Assembly (NCBI GenBank): GCA_963786955.1
Contig: CAWBAT010000004.1
Span: 352,001 to 416,000 of the forward strand
Reading direction: 5' to 3'
From: an uncultured Acidimicrobiia bacterium
GTDB taxonomy: Bacteria; Acidobacteriota; Terriglobia; Versatilivoradales; Versatilivoraceae
Length of the DNA: 64,000 nucleotides
Each line of letters begins with the position of its first letter. Positions within the stretch are counted from its first letter, which is position 1. The notes under the pieces are model-generated. The model saw nothing but the letters and a program-made list of their open reading frames with translations. It did no database searches and was not told the DNA's origin. A program made the position numbers and the translations under genes. Positions 31,035-40,773 of the stretch are shown here, in pieces.

Positions 31035-31594
31035 TTCTTTTCGCGTTCTGGCCCGTCTCTGCATTCGCGCATACGCAAAAAGGCCAGGTCGCTGGCTTCC
31101 TGACCGGCTTTCGTCACCCCATCTCGGGTCTGGACCACGTGCTGGCCATGGTCGCTGTGGGCCTTTGGGGCGCGCAGCTCGGCGCTCCCGCGGTGTGGCT
31201 ATTGCCGGTTGCGTTTCCTATGGTGATGGCGATGGGAGGAATGCTCGGGCTCATGGGCATGCCTTTACCCGGCATTGAATACGGGATTGCTGCCTCCGCT
31301 ATCTTACTCGGCTCCGCTGTGATGTTTGAGATCCGTCCCCCCCTGGTAGTGGCTGCTATAATGGTTGGATTTTTTGCCATCTTCCATGGGCACGCCCACG
31401 GCACCGAACTCCCACCCGGCCAAAGTGCTCTGCTCTATAGCATGGGTTTCGTCATTGCGACGGGTTGTTTGCACGCGGTGGGAATCGGTATCGGAGCGGT
31501 GCATCGATGGGTGTGGGGACAAAGATTACTGCGGCTTGCCGGTGCTCTAGTTGCGGTGGGTGGTGTCTTCTTCATGTGGAGAGCGTTCGCATGA
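30866..31594 (+). CDS. HupE/UreJ family protein
   Basis: AFA-H, GFRHPISGLDHVLAMVAVGLW, FHGHAHGTE; start uncertain (in-frame ATG 30887). Confidence 0.9.
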   Translation: MRGSRYRMRETRYEIIDAKDRIENTGSRARVPEILHLASCIPHLVSRVTYLASSIVILFAFWPVSAFAHTQKGQVAGFLTGFRHPISGLDHVLAMVAVGLWGAQLGAPAVWLLPVAFPMVMAMGGMLGLMGMPLPGIEYGIAASAILLGSAVMFEIRPPLVVAAIMVGFFAIFHGHAHGTELPPGQSALLYSMGFVIATGCLHAVGIGIGAVHRWVWGQRLLRLAGALVAVGGVFFMWRAFA

Positions 31595-32196
31595 AACGAT
31601 CTCGTGTCCCCGTTTTCTGCGCAGTCTTGTTGGCGTTCGCAATGTGTCCCCTCACGGCGGAAGCCCATCTGAATTCCACGGGCATGGGCCCGCTCTACGA
31701 CGGCCTCATGCACTTTTTGATGAGCCCGGAGGACTTCGTGCCAGCGCTGGCGTTAGCGCTCTTGGTGGGCCTGCGTGGGACGGCGTACGGACGGCGGGCA
31801 TTGTTCACGCTTCCAGCGGCGTGGCTGCTTGGCGGTCTTATTGGAACGTATGCATCCGCCAGGAGTAGCAATCCCTTTGTCTCGGCAGGATGGTTTCTGC
31901 TCCTAGGAGTGCTGCTTGCCTCGGACGCCAAGTTGTCGTTGCGGGCGATCACTGCATTGGCTGTCTTGCTCGGGGTCTACAATGGTTACCTCAACGGGAC
32001 CGGAATGGGACAGTTCGATATCGCCGTCATAGCTTTACTTGGATTATCGCTCACAGTGTTTATTCTCGTGGCATTGGCTGCAGCGTTTGTATTGCGATTG
32101 CGAGCGCAGTGGGGACGAATCGCCATGCGGGTCGTGGGTAGTTGGATTGCAGCGAGCGGACTGCTGATGCTCGGTTGGGCGATACGCGGAGGTTGA
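31591..32196 (+). CDS. Divergent HupE/UreJ family protein
   Basis: AEA-HL signal, GLMHFLMSPED, RVVGSWIAASGLLM; ATGA overlap with upstream gene. Confidence 0.8.
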   Translation: MKRSRVPVFCAVLLAFAMCPLTAEAHLNSTGMGPLYDGLMHFLMSPEDFVPALALALLVGLRGTAYGRRALFTLPAAWLLGGLIGTYASARSSNPFVSAGWFLLLGVLLASDAKLSLRAITALAVLLGVYNGYLNGTGMGQFDIAVIALLGLSLTVFILVALAAAFVLRLRAQWGRIAMRVVGSWIAASGLLMLGWAIRGG

Positions 32197-32443
32197 GGCG
32201 ACTTGGCGTTCTGCCGCACGTTTTATGGCACCATGCCGTGCGAGTTCTTTCAATAACTTGTCATCCATCCCTCACTTGAGCCTTCACCGATTCACAGACT
32301 CTCGCCTAAAATTATTTTAAAAAAACTCAAACTGGCGAAGTTGGGCGAATTGCGTGGCCGTCGGCATGAAACGAAACACTGAGGGCTCGCAATCTCTGTT
32401 CAATGCATCAAAAATTGCCAAGAGTCAAATCCCAGCCAATGAT

Positions 32444-34267
32444 TTATTCCCAAGTGGCTGAGATCGTTCGAAATGTCCCCGGTTCTGACCTAAGGATCAA
32501 GGTGTCCCCTGATCGTATCACTTGCCCGCGGATTTCAATCGGTTCGGCAACCCGATCTAAGATCTCATTACTAACCGGATGGCCGTCCACTCCCTGAAGC
32601 AGCAAGACAGTTGCTTCCCCTTTTTGTTTTCTGACCAGAAAACCAGGAGGAATCCCTCCACTGATACAGCGAACGGCGCAGTCGCGATGAACCTTTCCAC
32701 TTCCCGGGTTCATCACCCCGAAATAGCACTTGCTATCTATAATCTCACCCTTCAAGGTGTAGGTTCCCAGATCCTCAGTGCTCGGAGATTTGAGCTCACT
32801 GACGACGTTGCCCACTAAATGCAGGCTCGCGGGAAGCAGTTCAATCATCGTCAGCCCATCGCGATAAATGAGGGCCCCTTGAAGCTGAACTTTCTTGCCC
32901 TGATATTCAGCTAGTTTTCGATCAACGCCATGTTTTCCCGGTGCAACCAAAAGATAACGTGAGAAAGCCTGAGCAGACTCCCAAACTCCAGGGCGTTCGG
33001 CCAAGAGGCTGGGTGTTGGAAAGTTTTGAAATACTCCTTCAAAGTTCCGGTAAATTTGAAACTCAAATGCACTCGCCTCAAACGGCTGCTGAGCCAAAAC
33101 AAGAACAAGGGCGACAACCAGAGCGCCGGCGCCAATGCCAAATACAGTTCGTCTGAGAAGGACTGCCAACCGAGCAGGCACTTTGGGTTCATAGCCAATG
33201 TAAAATTCATCTTGACCATGAGATTCTGACCTCAAGTCCACGAGCACCGGTTGCTGGGTTGAACCCGAAAGGTTAGGCTGGGGATGGACAAACACATTAC
33301 CATCGATCACTCTCGTAGGAAATGTGGCCACTTTCTCGTGGAAGGGAGGGGGAGAAGCTCCAGTTTCTGGAAGGTACTGGTAACCATGCCAAGGACAAGT
33401 GACGCACCCGTCAATGATTTTCCCTTCCCCCAAGGGCCCGTTTTGATGCACACAAACGTTTGATAGAGCAGTAACCTTACCGTCATAATGAAAGACGGCA
33501 ATTCGCTCTCCCCCGAGCGAAATCACCTTTGCCCTGTTGTTCGGGATGCCGCTTAAAGTGCATACTTTGGTGAATCCCTCCCCATCTGCAATATGCTTAA
33601 GGTTGTCAATCCGACGCTCCCGGACGGCGGCAGCAAGATGAAGCCCCAGGACTACGGCTAACCCAAGTCCGACAATCCATCCCAAAACGGGATTTGTTTC
33701 GGATTGCAGCACACCCAAAGTGACATGCCCCACCAGAAGCCCATAAGCCAGGTACACTCCCATGTGAAGCCGTTTCCATACTGGGGGAGTCAGGTTAGAC
33801 AGCCAGAAATCATGACTGGTGGCGGCCATCAAGAACAGAATCAATAGCGCCATCAACCCGAGCTGTTGAAAGGGGAAATCAGGCAAACTGTTGTACCGCA
33901 GATTACTCACCAGCAGGCTAACTAACGGGTTCAAGTTCCCAAAGCCATGGAACTGAATTAGCGCAAACATCCCGTGTGCAAGCGCCAGCAAGAACATGGT
34001 CACACCCAAGTGACGCCGGTTGTAGAGCAACGGAAGAGAACGGGGATCTAGCCGGCACAGGGGCCCGATGCAAAGGATGATGTGCAGCAAGAAGAAACTG
34101 GCCGTTCCGAGACCTCGAATCAACAAGGTCTCAAACGTCGCATACGGATGAATCCAAGCACCAATCCCAACGAAGACCGCAAGAAAGCCTGTTATCAAGC
34201 ACACAAGCACCAAATCATAGATCCGCTTTTGATGATTCCATCCAATAGCCCGGTATTGCAAGCTCAT
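32444..34267 (-). CDS. Ferric-reductase-like TM domain + Rieske [2Fe-2S] + Cys-containing C-terminal domain
   Basis: RRHLG, LAH, WKRLH heme-ligand pattern; CVHQNGPL and CPWHG; C-terminal DSKCY..HRDCAVRC. Confidence 0.82.
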   Translation of the reverse strand: MSLQYRAIGWNHQKRIYDLVLVCLITGFLAVFVGIGAWIHPYATFETLLIRGLGTASFFLLHIILCIGPLCRLDPRSLPLLYNRRHLGVTMFLLALAHGMFALIQFHGFGNLNPLVSLLVSNLRYNSLPDFPFQQLGLMALLILFLMAATSHDFWLSNLTPPVWKRLHMGVYLAYGLLVGHVTLGVLQSETNPVLGWIVGLGLAVVLGLHLAAAVRERRIDNLKHIADGEGFTKVCTLSGIPNNRAKVISLGGERIAVFHYDGKVTALSNVCVHQNGPLGEGKIIDGCVTCPWHGYQYLPETGASPPPFHEKVATFPTRVIDGNVFVHPQPNLSGSTQQPVLVDLRSESHGQDEFYIGYEPKVPARLAVLLRRTVFGIGAGALVVALVLVLAQQPFEASAFEFQIYRNFEGVFQNFPTPSLLAERPGVWESAQAFSRYLLVAPGKHGVDRKLAEYQGKKVQLQGALIYRDGLTMIELLPASLHLVGNVVSELKSPSTEDLGTYTLKGEIIDSKCYFGVMNPGSGKVHRDCAVRCISGGIPPGFLVRKQKGEATVLLLQGVDGHPVSNEILDRVAEPIEIRGQVIRSGDTLILRSEPGTFRTISATWE

Positions 34268-34653
34268 GGCAGTTTCTCTTTCCTGGTGACTGGCCTGGCC
34301 TCAATCACCTTTTGCTGAGCAAGGCTATACAATAGAACATAGCCATCCGAAGGGAGCGGCGCATTTGAAACGTACCCGCCGTGGAGAGCTCCTAGGAGGC
34401 GCGCTTCCGGCACTAATCCTTGACTTGCCGGACTGACAGGCGACCAGTAAACCAGTGCGTCTGGGGTAAGCGTTTCTTTAAATGATTTCAGGTATCCCGA
34501 GAACTCTGCAGGCCAGTCACACTGCCGCGGAAGTTGAATTTCGACGGGCGGGAAGGGCCTCCGAACCAGCATTCCCATAAGGAAGACGAGTGGCAAGACA
34601 ACAGCAGCAGTGATAACGATCCGAAGATGCAGACGTCGTAAAGGTTGAATCAT
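34264..34653 (-). CDS. Hypothetical membrane-anchored protein
   Basis: MIQPLRRLH + TM helix, PDALVYW, LYSLA; ATGA coupling on both sides. Confidence 0.65.
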   Translation of the reverse strand: MIQPLRRLHLRIVITAAVVLPLVFLMGMLVRRPFPPVEIQLPRQCDWPAEFSGYLKSFKETLTPDALVYWSPVSPASQGLVPEARLLGALHGGYVSNAPLPSDGYVLLYSLAQQKVIEARPVTRKEKLP

Positions 34654-34856
34654 TCTGACGGCCTTCGGCGCCATGAGCGGTGGAGCAGTAGCGGCCACAT
34701 TGCTACAACGCCCGGGAATACAATCAATCGGAACGGCAATCCCGCTCCATTGGCCCTTGGATCCATTCTGCCAATTCCGATCATCATGAATGGGACAGCA
34801 AAAAGTACTCCCAGGACCCCATAGGCAATAAGTAAACCCACGATGAATTCAGCCAT
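34650..34856 (-). CDS. Small 2-TM hypothetical protein
   Basis: YGVLGVLFAVPF, DPRA, FRLIVFPGVVAMWP. Confidence 0.65.
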   Translation of the reverse strand: MAEFIVGLLIAYGVLGVLFAVPFMMIGIGRMDPRANGAGLPFRLIVFPGVVAMWPLLLHRSWRRRPSE

Positions 34857-34870
34857 GTTAACGGACATCG

Positions 34871-35575
34871 CTAAAGACCCGCACCATAGACAGGAATGAG
34901 TGCACCACTGATTTCGGAAGCCTCGTCAGAGGCCAGCCATAGCGCCACACGAGCCACTTTTGACGGCGGTACCCACTTTGAGGGATCAGCAGACGGAGAC
35001 TCGGTCCGATTGGCCGGAGTATCCATGGTCCCAGGTAAGATGACATTGGCCGTAATGCCGTCGTCCTTACCTTCGAGTGCAACCGTGCGAATCAGCGAGA
35101 CCAGAGCAGCCTTTGATGCGCAATAAGCCGAGAGATAGGCTTTCGGTTCCACGGCCGAACGAGCCCCGATGGCAATCACCCTGCCCCACTTCGCCTTTCG
35201 CATAGGGGGAAGGACGGCACGCGTCATATTGAAAGCAGACCGCACATTGAGGTTCATCATTTTGTCCCAGGTGGCATCATCTGTGTCGTCGACCAGTTCA
35301 CCCCCCGCAAAACCACCCATGACATGAACCAGCACATCAATTCTCCCGAACTTGGCAACCACATTGGCAGCCAGTTCCTTAGAAGAATCTCCGCGTGTCA
35401 AGTCAGCGGGTAGGGCAAGGAATTTTGGATGAGAAAAGGCAGATTGTTGGATCGACCGGGCCACTCCGAAGACCACAGCCCCAGCAGCAAGAAACTCTTC
35501 AGTCATGAAGGACCCGAGACCACCTTGGGCACCGGTAATTACCACAACTTTGTTTTCTAGAGTATTCGTCATCAT
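34871..35575 (-). CDS. SDR oxidoreductase
   Basis: TGAQGGLG, YCASK, ILPGTMDT. Confidence 0.88.
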   Translation of the reverse strand: MMTNTLENKVVVITGAQGGLGSFMTEEFLAAGAVVFGVARSIQQSAFSHPKFLALPADLTRGDSSKELAANVVAKFGRIDVLVHVMGGFAGGELVDDTDDATWDKMMNLNVRSAFNMTRAVLPPMRKAKWGRVIAIGARSAVEPKAYLSAYCASKAALVSLIRTVALEGKDDGITANVILPGTMDTPANRTESPSADPSKWVPPSKVARVALWLASDEASEISGALIPVYGAGL

Positions 35576-35881
35576 GACTCCTTAGCATTCAGGAATGCTC
35601 GATTTCAATATGATCTTGAGCGTTCAACCCAGTCTAAACAGCTAAATGCCAACGGTTCCCCAAAATATTCCGAGACGATAGAATCACCCATCGAATTGTG
35701 AGGGCCGCTTTTGAACTGTTGCCGTGGTTTAAAAGGTGAATGGAACGGATGGAACACCCATCTCCACTTCAACGGTAAAGGGTACGATTTGATTGAACCC
35801 TGCGGCGAGAAGGATAGAAAGTCGGCGGCAATCCATTCGCTCGTGGTCTGATGGGAAATCTATCAGCAAGAAAGGATGAGA

Positions 35882-35908
35882 CCTGGGGAAGTCTTAGATT
35901 TCCCCAGG
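35882..35908. terminator. Stem-loop, possible terminator between sodC and SDR
   Basis: CCTGGGGAA-N9-TTCCCCAGG; no clear U-tract. Confidence 0.3.
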
Positions 35909-36019
35909 ATCTTTGATGAACCCGCAACTATAGGCAGGCACTGAAAACTAATTTGGCCTCAGCAATTCTGCAAGCTTAATACCGCCATTCGTAATTGCTG
36001 TGACGTATCTTAGGATAGG

Positions 36020-36073
36020 CGCCGCGCGGGGTCACGCGGCCTACAAAGTTGTAGGCCGGGGCACCGACCCGGC
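36020..36073. repeat. GTAG-type REP doublet
   Basis: CGCCGCGCGGGGTCACGCGGCCTACAAAGTTGTAGGCCGGGGCACCGACCCGGCG; arms match 12832-12909. Confidence 0.75.
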
Positions 36074-36132
36074 GTTAATGTCACCGTAATTATGAAAAAC
36101 AGCACTTAGTTTGGATTTGCGCTCATTAAGTC

Positions 36133-36654
36133 TTACTTCATGATTACTCCGCAAGCAATTCGATTCCCGGCATTGCCCGTAGGATCGGTTGTTTCGTCGT
36201 CTGCCTTCTCGTGAATAATGAGTGCCGTACCGCCTTCATGAAAAAGGGAGTTGGAACCCGGAGTTAGAGTTACTCGCTTGTTCAGTAACACGGCCTTCCC
36301 CTTGCCATTTTTGCCGACCGTGATGTTGGGCAAGTCGCCGGCATGAGGTCCTGAAGGGTTTTTCAAGCCGTGTTTCATGTTCTGAGGATTGAGGTGTCCA
36401 CCAGCCGTTTTGAAGTCGGGGGGATCACATTTGCCTACTGTGTGGATGTGGAAAGCGTGCTGGCCGGGAGGCAGGTTGAATACCTTAAGCGAAATGTCAA
36501 TTCCATCGATAGCCTGCTTGAAAGTGACATTCCCCACTTTCTGACCCTGCGCATTTTTTAGTTCTGCCTTCGCTGATTTCGGCCCCTTTTCGGCGCCTAA
36601 CAGCGAACCCACAAACAGCAATAAAATCCCTAATGAACTTGTGTATTTGCTCAT
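36133..36654 (-). CDS. sodC: Cu/Zn superoxide dismutase
   Basis: Signal peptide, HAFHIH, GGHLNP, HAGDLPN, IIHE, GNAGNRIACG. Confidence 0.93.
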   Translation of the reverse strand: MSKYTSSLGILLLFVGSLLGAEKGPKSAKAELKNAQGQKVGNVTFKQAIDGIDISLKVFNLPPGQHAFHIHTVGKCDPPDFKTAGGHLNPQNMKHGLKNPSGPHAGDLPNITVGKNGKGKAVLLNKRVTLTPGSNSLFHEGGTALIIHEKADDETTDPTGNAGNRIACGVIMK

Positions 36655-36917
36655 GCTCCCTCTCCTTTAAGTGGTCATTCGAACTGGTAGGTATCATCCT
36701 ACCACAGGTGGAGTAGGTAACTCGTTTGTTCTTGACTCATCTATAGCATGCCCCTCGCCTGTCGGTTCGCCATCCAGAAGAAAACGTATTATTTACAGTT
36801 TGGTTCATGCTAGTCAAACGCAAATTCGAAGCTCTTACCGATTTTCAGATTCTCTCGGAACCAGAGAGGAGAGCCGTGCTGAACTGACGGTGAGGTGTTG
36901 ATAAGAAGTCGTCGCGA

Positions 36918-36944
36918 CGAGAGGATTTGAACCTCCGACCCCCT
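36918..36944 (-). mobile_element. att-like duplicate of tRNA-Pro 3' part
   Basis: CGAGAGGATTTGAACCTCCGACCCCCT is identical to 39772-39798. Confidence 0.85.
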
Positions 36945-37194
36945 TGAACCCAAGCTCGTTCTGTGAGTTGTGAATGAGCATTATCGAATGCGCTGGAATA
37001 CGTAGGTACATAGGGGCGTACCATCTAAAAAGGGTCCCCCGCTGGGCGGTTAAGGCCGTCGAGTTTAACATCCTTCGTACAGATTTGAGCCAGAAGTCTA
37101 GAACGTCTGGGAAGTCGAACCTCCAATAGGTGTGTCAAGATCATTGTCTCCCCCCGTGTTCCGCCCAGATTGAGAGTAGCTTTGGCGAAGGCTT

Positions 37195-38277
37195 TCATGA
37201 CACAGTCCTCCACTGTCTGATTTGCTGAATCAAGAGTTCAAAACCGCTGAGGAACAACATCTGGAAGCGTGCCACCGGTCCGTAACCGCGAAACTCCTCC
37301 GGCGTCAAGGCAGCCAGATCGCAAGCACGGACAAAATCCGGAAACTTGTCGCGCAATTCCCCGATTGTTTCCGGTGCCGCGGACGCCTCGATGCGACTCG
37401 CCGGGGCTGGGCACTCGCGTTGCACTGCTTCCATCAAACTGCCGCTAAGAGTAATCACCATCCCGTCTCCCCGCACCTCGGCCCAATGAAACGTCATGCC
37501 CGCGCCGCCAGAAAGGACCTGGGCAGCGTAGCCCCGATTGCGACGAACCGCATAAGCTGCCCGGGCCGTGCTGATCCCAGCCTGCCGCAGCAATTCCGGC
37601 GCGACAGTGACGCCGCGTCGTTTCGCGTCCTCGACGAGGTACTCATCGAACAGTCCCGGCAACATCGTAATCAGACATCGCGGTTTCTTTTGGGTGCGCC
37701 GCAACCCGCGTTGATGCGCCTCGGCCATTAGAATGTATTGTGCCACGGAGAAACTCATCGTGCCGATGGTGGACCAGCCGCGCGCCGTCAGTTCCTCCAT
37801 CGCCTGCGCACCAACGGGCGTGGCCGGTAGCTTGATGATGATGTTTTCACCGAGCGTGTGAAACTTCTCCGCCTCGGTCAGCAGGTACGCCAGATCGTCG
37901 TTCCGCCGCGGATTCCCTTGGATCGCAACTTGTCCGTACCGGCCTTGCGAATCTTGGAAGAGCGGATGGAATAACGCCAGAGGACGCGCCACGAATTTCT
38001 GAATCACCTGCACCGCCAACACTTCGTCGTCGCCCACGCCACAGTCCTCGACCATCGCGCGGACGAAGTCCGGTTCCGACTTGAGCAGCGCCGAGATGTA
38101 TACCGGGTTGGAAGCCACGCCGACCGCACCGTTCTGCAACGCCGCCTGCAATTCGGGGCCGGTGGGATTGTTGATCCAGAATTCGGTGCCGGCTCGCGCC
38201 AGTGTATCGCGAAAATATTCGTGATTCATCTGCCTCTCCCTCAGATCTTTTTCAGATGCCGTGTTCGTCCGTTCCAA
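37195..38277 (-). CDS. Divergent transaldolase family protein
   Basis: FWINNP, GVASNP, IIIKLPAT (Schiff-base Lys), TMSFSVAQ; probable start 38229. Confidence 0.75.
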   Translation of the reverse strand: MERTNTASEKDLRERQMNHEYFRDTLARAGTEFWINNPTGPELQAALQNGAVGVASNPVYISALLKSEPDFVRAMVEDCGVGDDEVLAVQVIQKFVARPLALFHPLFQDSQGRYGQVAIQGNPRRNDDLAYLLTEAEKFHTLGENIIIKLPATPVGAQAMEELTARGWSTIGTMSFSVAQYILMAEAHQRGLRRTQKKPRCLITMLPGLFDEYLVEDAKRRGVTVAPELLRQAGISTARAAYAVRRNRGYAAQVLSGGAGMTFHWAEVRGDGMVITLSGSLMEAVQRECPAPASRIEASAAPETIGELRDKFPDFVRACDLAALTPEEFRGYGPVARFQMLFLSGFELLIQQIRQWRTVS

Positions 38278-38749
38278 GTTTAGAATCTGTGGCCTGGATT
38301 ACGTGTTGTACACAGATTTCAATCCGACCGGCAAACTTAGAGCGCCAGACCTTCACTCAAATGCCGAAGTATTAGAGATCGAATCTTCACAATAAATCCA
38401 CCCACGGTGTTAGACCTCTATCCAAACCAGCAGGAAGTAAACCAAGAGAGTCATTGCACTCAGCGAAGACCAATTCTACCATTGGTCCATCTGGTAAGCT
38501 AACTGCCAGTCATAGCCGACTTCTGATAAAATAGAGGTTTGTCTGTATAAACGGTCCTTCAGTGAGGACACCAAGCGACATTTCGGTAGTATCCTAATTT
38601 GGCGCAGCCAGGAGACTGGCCTGAGGGGACGCTATGGTGTCAGGAACCTACGCGGCCAAGTAATGCAAGTAATGGAACGAAAGATTTTCGGCTCATCGTT
38701 GTGATTTCTGTCCCGCAGCCACATCGGTGTTAATCTCCCTGGACTTATG

Positions 38750-39250
38750 GCGTGACACGCTCAGCGAAGTCCAACTTCCCGTCGCCTTTGCCGTTAAATG
38801 TTTCGCCCGAAAGGCGATTTGCCCCACGTGATATCAATAATGAGCCATTTGCCGGTTGATCGCTTGCATCACAGAATGCGGCTCCGTGCGGATCGTAACC
38901 GTGCGCGTCAAGTCTACCTCCTCTAACGGCCCCAGCGCATCGAACAGAGTTTTCCAGCCAGATTCCCACATCACGATCAACTCGTCTCCGCTCCTCGGCG
39001 GCCCTTCGAATTCACAATCGCGGTTCCGGCCTGGCTTTTCTCCGTCCGTGATCAAGAAATCTGTCCACCGTGACCGCATATTCCCCGCCATGTGTTTCAC
39101 GATGATTGCAATCGAATTTGACTCGTCATCTAGCGTCGAGAATAGCCCTTCCTCTGAGCATTGTTCGATCGCCCGTGTCGGCGAGTCGCTTGTAATAGCG
39201 GAATAAGTCTATCGGTCTTTGAGATAAGAGGTGGTCAGATGATGTGCCAT
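38750..39250 (-). pseudogene. DUF1572 (DinB-like) pseudogene
   Basis: YYKRLA, SNSIAIIVKHMAGNMRSRWTDFL, HY*YHVGQI; in-frame stop plus frameshifts. Confidence 0.8.
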
Positions 39251-39414
39251 GGCCGGATTGTACTGCCGGGTTACCTTGAAGGTAAGAGAGTTGGCGCGAC
39301 CGACTGCGTGTTGTCAACCCCGATGAGCCACTTGTGGTGGCCCGCCTTATCGAGGAGCATCATAACAACCACTTCATCTCGATTATGGACAAACACCTCC
39401 CTCAATAGCGGAGA

Positions 39415-39677
39415 GCATGGCGAAGCTTGACCAAGGCGGGGGGAGTAAAAGTGCTATGCTTCCACGATCTGAGACACCAAGCCATTACTGAGCTTTGCGA
39501 GGCGGGGCTGTCGATATGACTATCATGGGGATTGCGAGTCGTATTTCAAGAGAGATGTTGATGCATTACTCCCACATTCGGATAAAGACGAAGCGCGAAG
39601 CAGTTGCGATGCTGAAAACAGCGGTGCCGGTGACCTCAACCCCGGCAGAAAACTTCGAGCCGGTGAGGGTAACTTGA
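39415..39677 (+). pseudogene. Tyrosine integrase C-terminal remnant
   Basis: WRSLTKAGG..FHDLRHQAITELCE, frameshift, then MTIMGIA..MLMHYSH; adjacent to tRNA 3' end. Confidence 0.8.
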
Positions 39678-39762
39678 GGGGGATTTGATGGGGTTACAGT
39701 ACAAACAACGGTACAAAGGGGGGTTGTGTTGAGTAAAATTCATCGCAAGTTGTTGATTATTC

Positions 39763-39839
<77 letters not shown>

Positions 39840-40023
39840 ACGGCTTGCTGAAACAGCGCATCACAGTAATGGATGGAGAGAAATTCTGTCAAGTGAATTT
39901 CCTGGCCCGTGCCTATCCCTGCGAGCCACAATTCCAAGCCAGGCGGGTTCTTGAAGACTCTTTCATGAGCCTCCGATTCTCGGTCCACAACAAGTGGAAA
40001 TCCATCCTGCGATTAGCCCAAGC

Positions 40024-40653
40024 TCATGTTTGGGAGCCCTTCTCCAGATTCTTGAGGAGATAACCCCGCATCGTACGAAGCGCCTTACCGCGGTGGCTTA
40101 TCTGCTCTTTCTCTTCGATCGACAACTCCGCAATCGTCCTGTGCCACGAAGGGACCAAAAAAATTGGATCGTAGCCGAAGCCTAGGTTTCCCCTCGGCTC
40201 GCGGGTGATGCTCCCCTCAAGAGTCCCACGAAACTCTCCCAGGATCTCGCCTTCCCGCGCTAAAGCAAGGCAACAAATAAAGCGCGCCATCCGCTGGGGA
40301 TCTGGGATCTCCGATAGCCGGTGAAGTACTTCCCTATAACGATCCTCGTCACTGGCCGATTCGCTGAGAAAGCGGGCGGAATGGACTCCGGGCTGGCCGT
40401 CTAATGCATCCACTTCCAAACCAGAGTCATCCGCCAAAGTCAGCCATTTTGAAAATTGGCTGTAATACAAAGCTTTTTGTCGCGCAATCAAGTCAAAACT
40501 ATCCCCAACTTCCTGATATTTAGGAATACCAGGCAACTGCCCCAGGCCTACAGAATGGAAGGTCAACCCTTCGAGAAAATGTTGAATCTCTTTAATTTTA
40601 CCAGGGTTGAAAGTTGCGATGATCAGAGGCTCGATGTTCTTTGAAGGCAGCAT
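40024..40653 (-). CDS. rdgB: Non-canonical purine NTP pyrophosphatase
   Basis: ATFNPGK, ADDSGL, PGVHSAR, FGYDP, SHRG; next to rph. Confidence 0.93.
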   Translation of the reverse strand: MLPSKNIEPLIIATFNPGKIKEIQHFLEGLTFHSVGLGQLPGIPKYQEVGDSFDLIARQKALYYSQFSKWLTLADDSGLEVDALDGQPGVHSARFLSESASDEDRYREVLHRLSEIPDPQRMARFICCLALAREGEILGEFRGTLEGSITREPRGNLGFGYDPIFLVPSWHRTIAELSIEEKEQISHRGKALRTMRGYLLKNLEKGSQT

Positions 40654-40773
40654 GGGTTGATGGATGGGTTCGCACAGGACGTTCAGGCATCGGAAAAATC
40701 GAGGCAGCTTGATAGGACGGCAAGAATTCAGGACCAGTAAGGGCGGGCAGGATGCCCGCCTGCCCAGGGGGGA

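Noticed and set aside
36908-36955. Second tRNA gene
   Set aside because: Only the 3' part is present; no D-arm or intact acceptor stem
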